Shown: positions 17,551 through 23,684 of the stretch, one piece after another
How positions within the stretch are numbered: position 1 is the first letter of the stretch
Layout of the letters: each line of letters begins with the position of its first letter
Source: a virus
Taxonomy: Duplodnaviria > Heunggongvirae > Uroviricota > Caudoviricetes
Length of the DNA: 23,684 bases
Strand: one strand, 5' to 3'
IMG/VR virus record: IMGVR_UViG_3300028797_000103
Coordinates: 1 to 23,684 of that record
Translations under genes and position numbers: made by a program
The notes under the pieces: generated by a model
The model's input: the letters and a program-made list of their open reading frames with translations, nothing else
The model's database searches: none
Told to the model about the DNA's origin: nothing

Positions 17551-19622
17551 TCGGATGAATCATCATCGTCCAAAGAATTTTGTATACGAAGTTTATTGAC
17601 AACCATAAATTTAGAATCGGCTGCAATAGAATTTCTAACATCTTCCTTTACCTCAGACATCGTCATAGAATAAGAGTCGTCATATATTAAATAGAACATT
17701 TTCTCTGTGCATGATGGATTCAATCCATCTGCTTCTATGCTGTCTCCTGTTCCGGTGATACCAGAATGGTCTGAAAGTATAATGATGAAATCGATTTCTC
17801 CGTCTAATTCTCCTCTATCTGTATAGTTTTTGTATATATGTTTGTATACCGCGTCAGGAGACGTTCCACCGCTCCTTATCTTAACTCCGTTATCATTAAA
17901 TATATCATATGCGTCTTCTGGACTCATATCAATATATCTGTCTCTATCGTAAACGCTATCAGCAAACAGATGGAAATCTACACTTTGGAAGTTATTTTGC
18001 ATCAGGAGCTCAGAAACTTCTTTAAGCATCGATATAACAAATCCTATAGCAGAACCAGACGTATCAAGATAAACCAGACACTTTTTCAAAGAATCTTTTG
18101 TTCTATATGAATTCTTCATATAGAGTCCAGATCTTGATGCGACATTTTTGTTGAAATGTCTATATTCTTTATTCGTTGAATAGGATGAGATGTAATCCTG
18201 AAGCTCTCCTTTCCAGTCAATGTCACTATCAACTGCCTCTTTAAGAGAGGCAATCATATTTTCGTTTGATTCTTTAATTCCTTCGTTTGCCGCCGGGACA
18301 TTGGCTCGTTCATTGCTTCTCATCTGAGCACCAGTAGCCTTTAACGCGTTTAGGACATCGTTATCATTTCCCTCTACACCATAATCGTCCTTTGCATTAG
18401 TTTCCGCATTAAGTTCATCCAATATTTCTTTAGCTTCTTCATCTGTTAATACTTTATCGGAGAATTTTCCGGACTTATCTCCGGTATTTCTCATAGCGAC
18501 TTTATCGCTTCCCCCATATTCACTTTCGGCTTTTTCTAAAGTATCCTCATATTCTTCTGCGGTCATCTTCTGTGAACCAGACGATCCGCTTCCGCCTCCA
18601 TTTTGATTAGAACTTCCAGTGTCGTTGCCGCCATCAGAACCAGAATCATTGCCAGATTCTCCACCGTTTCCTTCTGAATCGCTTCCATTAGAATCATTTC
18701 CCTTACCGGAACCAGGCTCTATTTCATCTGAAGAATCGGAACCACCATTATTCGAATTTGAATTTTCTCCATCCTTTCCCCCATTTTCTCCATTTTCTCC
18801 ATTTGAATCCCCACCTTTGTTGGAACTTGAAGAATCTTCTCCGGATTTATCACCATCGCCCTTGCCTTCACCGGAGGAACCTCCGCTATTCTCAGAATCA
18901 GACTGTGATCCATCCGAAGAATCGGAACCACCTTTCTGTCCTTGATTTGCGTCATCGGAACCACCTTGCTGACTTTGTCCTCCTTGCTGACCTTGTTGAT
19001 TCTGTCCTCCTTGCTGACCTTGTTGATTCTGTTGATTCTGTTGATTCTGTTGATTCTGTTGTCCACCCTGATTATTTTGTGAACCCTGATTATTCTGCTG
19101 TTGCTGTGGAGGATTATTCAATTCAAAAGGTGATGGACCATTTTGAGCACCACCGGACTGTGGTTCTGGTTCATAATCCTTAAATATCTGATTGATATAA
19201 TCTACAATTTTTTGATAAGCTTCTTCATTATTCATTGATGTAACAATCATCTGGTTGATTGCTTTTATGTAATCCTCTTTATTACGAACATCATATGTAG
19301 AAGCACTTTCATGAAGAGCTTTTATTATAGAAACATCTATATCCGGAATCTCATATTCAATATCAGGTTTTACGCCATGGTGATTAAACATGTACTCTGC
19401 ATACAATTTTCCAAAATAGAACCCCCTGAGATACTCAGGATCCTCCCTATTCAATTTAGGATCGTTTAGGTTTGGTTCATCCTGAGGTGAACCATCTGGC
19501 TGTTGGTTATCTTCATTTTCCGGAAAAATTTTATCAACGATTATACGTGCTGCTTCAGCTGGTTCAAACCCTTTTCCAAGAACAACTCGTATACTATTCT
19601 CGCTTTCTTTAGTCAATCTCAT
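16908..19622 (-). CDS. vWA (MIDAS) domain protein, DUF2201 C-terminal-like, with long Q/G/S/N linker and extra C-terminal duplicated domain; probable start ATG 19622
   Basis: DIDWKGELQDYIS precedes CLVYLDTSGS (DxSxS), SGGTS, FIIILSD; adjacent to MoxR ATPase and HExxH genes. Confidence 0.85.
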   Translation of the reverse strand: MRLTKESENSIRVVLGKGFEPAEAARIIVDKIFPENEDNQQPDGSPQDEPNLNDPKLNREDPEYLRGFYFGKLYAEYMFNHHGVKPDIEYEIPDIDVSIIKALHESASTYDVRNKEDYIKAINQMIVTSMNNEEAYQKIVDYINQIFKDYEPEPQSGGAQNGPSPFELNNPPQQQQNNQGSQNNQGGQQNQQNQQNQQNQQGQQGGQNQQGQQGGQSQQGGSDDANQGQKGGSDSSDGSQSDSENSGGSSGEGKGDGDKSGEDSSSSNKGGDSNGENGENGGKDGENSNSNNGGSDSSDEIEPGSGKGNDSNGSDSEGNGGESGNDSGSDGGNDTGSSNQNGGGSGSSGSQKMTAEEYEDTLEKAESEYGGSDKVAMRNTGDKSGKFSDKVLTDEEAKEILDELNAETNAKDDYGVEGNDNDVLNALKATGAQMRSNERANVPAANEGIKESNENMIASLKEAVDSDIDWKGELQDYISSYSTNKEYRHFNKNVASRSGLYMKNSYRTKDSLKKCLVYLDTSGSAIGFVISMLKEVSELLMQNNFQSVDFHLFADSVYDRDRYIDMSPEDAYDIFNDNGVKIRSGGTSPDAVYKHIYKNYTDRGELDGEIDFIIILSDHSGITGTGDSIEADGLNPSCTEKMFYLIYDDSYSMTMSEVKEDVRNSIAADSKFMVVNKLRIQNSLDDDDSSDVNESRVENLDNYDLDDEIQAGRISVDDIEYFKKHDSLSDEEKKKSSRLADLAFARRTGKYEEVFGEIINVMKERFPNVSPVESEFKCENDENTYFITDDETIILHTDIKDSKFVDLLYVCSKYIVDKIIGNISVDDCDTVEEFPDGFPKVIDGDFEVEFLPKLLNDKNFPTTVTGNVDLGFLSNKIPLSRVKQIENRLRNGKNIEFGRISVFN
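18560..19160 (-). repeat. Low-complexity Q/N/G/S linker with tandem repeats
   Basis: tgttgattc x4 (19021-19056); exact 27-mer x2 (18976-19029); G/S/D/N-rich tract following in the protein. Confidence 0.9.
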
Positions 19623-20334
19623 AATGCTCAATTAACCCCTTACTTTTTAAATAATCGCGATAACCCTCAACAGCAGCCCTAAATCCTTCCTTAAACAAAT
19701 CGCTTGTTTTTTGAACCTCTTCTGTATCATCACCCGGTTTATCCGGTATCTGATTATAAATCGTCTGCCATGGTAAATTTTTAAAATTTTCATCATAGCA
19801 ACCATTCATTTTCTCAGTCATTCCTTTATAATCATCACGAATATGATTTTCTATATAATAGTTCACTTGGTAATCCATTGCTCTATTCTCTCTATCCTGG
19901 TTTGGTTTATGAATAGTTTTTGGAGAGCAGTGACCATATACTATATGCATAACCTCGTGAATTAAAACATATTCCATACACATAACAGGAGTTGCAAAAT
20001 CGAATTTTCCAGTAGAAGCATCAACTGAACCAACTCTAGCTATTGTTCTTTCAACCCAAGCAGGATTTATAAAGAAGCTGTGACCGTTTGTTGCCATTGT
20101 GTCAATCTTTGGGTGATCCGTATAGAATATATCTTTACTTTCCAAATATCTGAACCATTGAGGAAACTCACTTCTTATGTTACTGAGTGCAGCATCAATA
20201 ACCCTATCAACGGTTTTTATATCAACAGTACCACCTTCGGGGCGAAGCCAAATAAGATTTCGCCCCGAACGGTTTGTTGTTATTACACCGTTTCCACCAC
20301 CGGATGATTCCAATAATATTTTTTCAATAATCAT
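19609..20334 (-). CDS. Putative zinc metallopeptidase (DUF2201 N-terminal-like, HExxH)
   Basis: DTMATNG..FFINP, YVLIHEVMHIVYGH, NRAMDYQVN. Confidence 0.85.
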   Translation of the reverse strand: MIIEKILLESSGGGNGVITTNRSGRNLIWLRPEGGTVDIKTVDRVIDAALSNIRSEFPQWFRYLESKDIFYTDHPKIDTMATNGHSFFINPAWVERTIARVGSVDASTGKFDFATPVMCMEYVLIHEVMHIVYGHCSPKTIHKPNQDRENRAMDYQVNYYIENHIRDDYKGMTEKMNGCYDENFKNLPWQTIYNQIPDKPGDDTEEVQKTSDLFKEGFRAAVEGYRDYLKSKGLIEHYEID

Positions 20335-20353
20335 CTCAATGCTTTAATTATTT

Positions 20354-22495
20354 TTAACCAAGCCAATTCTGTGCTGTTGCTACACCAAACACCTTCGCTA
20401 TAGCTGTTCTTACGAAATGTTTTTCTTCATCAGCAGATTTAACTTCACTGGGTTTAGCATAACCACATCTCTGCGTTAAACAATCCAAGAAAGTTTGCGC
20501 TTTATCACCACCCTGTTGATTTCCCTTTGTCTTGTCTATCAACTTACCAAAAGCATAAATCAATTTTGCAAGACCATCAGTTGGAATACAGTTTTCAAAT
20601 CCATTAAGAAGATTCTGTATTGCAGAATTAAGAGAAACATTCGAAAAATATTCCTCGATAGCATCTTTGCTTGTGTAGAAAGCGGTAGTAAACTTATCGG
20701 CGACCTCCTGCCTTGGTGTATAAGCATCACCCTTTTCAAGCATTTCTTTCAAATCTGTAAACGAAAGTCCGTTCATCTTCATTGTTAGATAATCGATTAC
20801 CTTCTCTGCCAATTTTGTTCCAAGACCCATGTAAATTGTCGACGCAACAAGTTCATCCGACAATATGTCGAAAATATAATCATCATAGTGTTTTCCTTGG
20901 ACAATTGTAATCTTTCCACTGTCAATAAGATCGTCTATGATGATTCTTATGTCTTGAGAAAGCTGCTCCCATCTTCTTGGACAAGCTTGAACAAGAGTAC
21001 AATCGAGATCCTGAGGTCTACTCATATCTTGTCTGGCAAGTGCATAATATGAATCTGGATTTGCGTCTATAAACTCTATAAAGTTTTTATTCACTTTACT
21101 AAAATTCGGCATGCTATCTGCTTTGCCAAGAGCCCAATCTTTCCACTCGCTATATTTTGGAACAAAATTGCACATTTTAAAACGACCAGTTGCGGCAGAA
21201 TCAAATCCTATGAGTCTTAATGAACCAGTACCTTTTCTTGTTATGTCACTGTATCTGTTGGATGCGCAAACAACAACCCATTTTGTTCCAAGTCTCAAAT
21301 CTGAGTTCGAACCAATTTGTCTACTCAACGGCATATCAAATATCGATGCCATACCAGCATCTGACATTCTTACAAACTCGTCGATAAAGAAGAATCCGCC
21401 ATCACCATCGCCATCACACAAACCATCGTCATTTGGAATTGCTCCGTTTGCTAAATAAATTCTCTGATTTAATTCATCTTTTGATATAGAATTATCAAAT
21501 TCATAAACCGGCATCCAAGATTTTGGAAGATCTTTTATGATTTTGTCACCGAGGGCACCAACTGCGCCGTTCATTTCTTCAGTGCCCTTTGAAATTGCAC
21601 TTTTGAAAATTTCTTTTTGTCTCTTGTTTCTATACTCTCTAGAAACCTGAGCTGGCATTGTAAACGCCTCTGGTTCAATATTTGATGCCATAACAGTCAA
21701 AACAGGAACATTTCCATGTTCTGCTGCAACAGCTTTAATTATAGATGTTTTTCCGATACCTGGTGCACCCCATATAAACAATGGCCACTCTCTATCAACC
21801 TGACCTTTAACTCTAGCTCTATATGCAAGATGAAGCATTCTGCACAAAATCTCAGTATTAACATCAACAAACTTCTCGTTCGTTAGTACAAGGACGTCTT
21901 CCTTCTCTGAACCGTAAACTGTTCCCTGTTTTACGTTTTCCTGCGACTCGTTTAATCTCATCGGGTTTCCGTTTTTATCAAACTCATGATCACAATATAT
22001 TGCTGAACCGGCATAAGCATAGTCAGAAACCTTTGGTTCAAAAGATCTGGCAGTTACACCAAGGTCATCAGCAAAATTAACCATATCTTCTGATGGAATA
22101 AACCCAATAGCGTCGTTTTCGGATGCTGCTAACATTCCATTAACTGGGTGGATTGCTCTTGCAATCTCACCGTTTTCCTGCTGGAACCAAATTCTGTTCT
22201 TAGCTTTTATTATTCTTGAAATTACATAATCAACTGCACCTTTTATTGCGCTGCCTATTTTCTTGCCAAATTTACCAAACTCACTTGCGGCGCCCTTTAC
22301 GATATCGCTGAGTTTTCCTTCATTTACGAGTTTAAGAACACTTTCATCTATCTTATCCAAAGACGTTACTTTATTCTTGTCAACGTCCTTTATAACACCA
22401 CTTTTGAATCTAACGATGTATCTTCCTGCATTCTCGTTAAGAAGCTCACAATTTACGGTTTGATTTCCATTTGAACCAATTATATACTTTGCCAT
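20354..22495 (-). CDS. MoxR-family AAA+ ATPase with ~200-aa N-terminal extension
   Basis: Walker A IWGAPGIGKT, Walker B FFIDEF, sensor-1 VCASNR, Arg finger DSAATGRF, sensor-2-like CPRRW. Confidence 0.9.
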   Translation of the reverse strand: MAKYIIGSNGNQTVNCELLNENAGRYIVRFKSGVIKDVDKNKVTSLDKIDESVLKLVNEGKLSDIVKGAASEFGKFGKKIGSAIKGAVDYVISRIIKAKNRIWFQQENGEIARAIHPVNGMLAASENDAIGFIPSEDMVNFADDLGVTARSFEPKVSDYAYAGSAIYCDHEFDKNGNPMRLNESQENVKQGTVYGSEKEDVLVLTNEKFVDVNTEILCRMLHLAYRARVKGQVDREWPLFIWGAPGIGKTSIIKAVAAEHGNVPVLTVMASNIEPEAFTMPAQVSREYRNKRQKEIFKSAISKGTEEMNGAVGALGDKIIKDLPKSWMPVYEFDNSISKDELNQRIYLANGAIPNDDGLCDGDGDGGFFFIDEFVRMSDAGMASIFDMPLSRQIGSNSDLRLGTKWVVVCASNRYSDITRKGTGSLRLIGFDSAATGRFKMCNFVPKYSEWKDWALGKADSMPNFSKVNKNFIEFIDANPDSYYALARQDMSRPQDLDCTLVQACPRRWEQLSQDIRIIIDDLIDSGKITIVQGKHYDDYIFDILSDELVASTIYMGLGTKLAEKVIDYLTMKMNGLSFTDLKEMLEKGDAYTPRQEVADKFTTAFYTSKDAIEEYFSNVSLNSAIQNLLNGFENCIPTDGLAKLIYAFGKLIDKTKGNQQGGDKAQTFLDCLTQRCGYAKPSEVKSADEEKHFVRTAIAKVFGVATAQNWLG

Positions 22496-22498
22496 TGT

Positions 22499-23116
22499 TT
22501 ATTGTTTGTTATTTTCTTTAAAAATCCATGAAAACATTAAATTATCTGTAAGTTGCTCATCTAATGCAGCAACAAACTTATCCTTTTCTCTCTGGGAGAG
22601 AGACATCTGCCCGGCGTTTATCTGACGTCTCACTTCGTCATTAAATGCGTCTGTGTGATCTTCACCATCAGAACTCCAAGACTCATTTCTGTTTATGAAC
22701 TCGACGAGTTTTCTTGCCATAGTTCTTCGTTTAGTTGTATTCGGTGTATATGATAAACCATCAATGGAATCAAACGCCATTGAGATTGCCGTATACATTT
22801 CATCTGTTCTGTTGGCTGAAGCTTCGTATAGTTTCCTACCGAAGCATTTTCTTCCCTCTATGACCGAAGACGGAGTAACTTCACCACCAAGCTTTGCGAT
22901 TTCCTCCTGCTTTTTCACAATCTGATTTTTCTTATCAGTTATAGCAGCGTTTGATGCAGACTCTATATTAACAATATCCTGCTCCAATTTGGTGACATCA
23001 TTATTTAAAGTCTGTATCTTTGCTTCAACAGCCTGCTTCTGTGCTGCCTCGGCATCTGGTGTTGCGTCGTCTTCGTTAACTTTTTTCTTACCTTTGAAAT
23101 ATCTTATTAAAATCAT
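22499..23116 (-). CDS. Hypothetical 205-aa coiled-coil protein; start moved to ATG 23116 (MILIRYFKGKKKVNE)
   Basis: GATAAATA 26 nt upstream; heptad-like VEAKIQTLNNDVTKLEQDIVNI; 3-nt gap to the MoxR start. Confidence 0.75.
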   Translation of the reverse strand: MILIRYFKGKKKVNEDDATPDAEAAQKQAVEAKIQTLNNDVTKLEQDIVNIESASNAAITDKKNQIVKKQEEIAKLGGEVTPSSVIEGRKCFGRKLYEASANRTDEMYTAISMAFDSIDGLSYTPNTTKRRTMARKLVEFINRNESWSSDGEDHTDAFNDEVRRQINAGQMSLSQREKDKFVAALDEQLTDNLMFSWIFKENNKQ

Positions 23117-23142
23117 ATATGAATAGATAACGTCGGTTTTAT

Positions 23143-23169
23143 TATTTATCCAACTAAATGCGATAAATA
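23143..23169. promoter_or_regulatory. Back-to-back divergent GATAAATA motifs (minus 23143-23150; plus 23162-23169)
   Basis: tatttatc-caactaaatgc-gataaata, each 23-26 nt upstream of an ATG. Confidence 0.65.
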
Positions 23170-23192
23170 TAAAAAAGTTAGATGTCGTCAAA

Positions 23193-23333
23193 ATGAAGAA
23201 ATGTCCAAACTGTGGAACAGGTGGAACCACTATAAATTCAAATGTTGAAAATAAAAAACCAGCGCAATCGTCTAAGGTTACAACGATAAAGGGCAAAAAT
23301 ACACAGAAAAGTTTTAGAAAAACAAAGATCTGA
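23193..23333 (+). CDS. Small basic 46-aa protein with CxxC (MKKCPNCGTGGTTINSNVENKKPAQSSKVTTIKGKNTQKSFRKTKI), absent from the ORF track
   Basis: Own upstream GATAAATA, A-rich start context, stop inside a terminator hairpin, fills an otherwise empty gap. Confidence 0.65.
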   Translation: MKKCPNCGTGGTTINSNVENKKPAQSSKVTTIKGKNTQKSFRKTKI

Positions 23334-23356
23334 GAAATCTCAGATCTTTTTTATTT
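23324..23356. terminator. Likely bidirectional intrinsic terminator
   Basis: Perfect 11-bp stem aaagatctgag-aaat-ctcagatcttt with A/T tracts on both sides, between convergent ORFs. Confidence 0.85.
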
Positions 23357-23381
23357 GAAATATATCACCTCATTCGATATA

Positions 23382-23684
23382 TTACAAAATCGTGATATTT
23401 GAAAGTATAAACGACTTTAATGGACCAACTTGATTATCATCTTCATCGACAATCTTAAATACGTATTTGTTCGGATTTATCTCATACATAGGAACGCCGC
23501 TGTAATTTACACCATCGAACCTGAAATCGAGACTTCCTCTGTCAGCTTCTGACTTTTTAAGTTCTCCCCTAAGAACAGACAATAACGTTTTGCCAGTTAC
23601 TTCTGGAGATTGATACTCTTTTTTATCAGAGTCTTCCAATTCTTCAGGATTGTCTAAATTAAGCCTTTCTTCAGACCCTTCCTC
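23382..23684 (-). CDS. 3' part of a hypothetical protein running off the window edge
   Basis: Frame stays open upstream of TTG 23639 to base 23684 (EEGSEERLNLDNPEELED...). Confidence 0.7.
   Translation of the reverse strand, partial: EEGSEERLNLDNPEELEDSDKKEYQSPEVTGKTLLSVLRGELKKSEADRGSLDFRFDGVNYSGVPMYEINPNKYVFKIVDEDDNQVGPLKSFILSNITIL

Noticed and set aside
18960-19100. CRISPR-like array
   Set aside because: Repeats are contiguous, in-frame and lack unique spacers; they encode a Gln-rich linker
19609-19655. Programmed frameshift fusing peptidase and vWA ORFs at T TTA AAA
   Set aside because: A -1 slip hits TAA almost immediately; the vWA ORF is in the +1 frame and has a TAA between the slippery site and its start
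893-22925. Numerous 60-170-aa alternative-frame and antisense ORFs in the track
   Set aside because: All lie within longer motif-supported genes and lack their own expression signals
23117-23296. 60-aa N-terminal extension of the 265-aa ORF
   Set aside because: Antisense to the 46-aa plus-strand ORF and spans the divergent promoter motifs; ATG 23116 fits better
23294-23301. Fifth TAnnTTTG match (TATTTTTG, minus strand)
   Set aside because: Differs from the conserved 11-mer and lies within the small plus-strand ORF; likely chance in AT-rich DNA
1-23684. Stop-codon reassignment (TAG to Gln) as in Lak megaphages
   Set aside because: All conserved genes are full length in the standard code; the one TAG stop (13776-13778) lies in a terminator hairpin at a plausible protein end

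Overview
AT-rich, gene-dense segment of a large T4-like (jumbo-type) dsDNA phage, probably infecting an anaerobic Bacteroidales host. The host call rests on four identical intergenic GTATATTTGCA sites matching the Bacteroidota TAnnTTTG -7 promoter and a Bacteroides-like NrdD. Standard genetic code. Left half, minus strand: a replication/recombination block (gp41-like helicase, possible gp33-like protein, gp47/gp46 nuclease-ATPase, a degenerate RNA-ligase-like protein, gp32 SSB with an apparent translational operator) and an anaerobic RNR cassette nrdD - formate/nitrite channel - nrdG. Middle: a stand-alone Pol-beta-family nucleotidyltransferase. Right half, minus strand: a five-gene cluster behind T4-late-like RATAAATA motifs: coiled-coil protein, MoxR AAA+ ATPase, HExxH metallopeptidase, vWA protein with a long Q/G/S linker, and a ~989-aa protein. 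The last two share a duplicated ~190-aa domain, and all five carry T4 prohead-protease-like [ILV]-x-E|[SAG] motifs near their N-termini or domain borders. My best candidate for an undescribed system is this cluster, read as a virion-packaged, proteolytically processed MoxR/vWA/peptidase module (inference). All calls come from reading motifs by eye; no searches were run.
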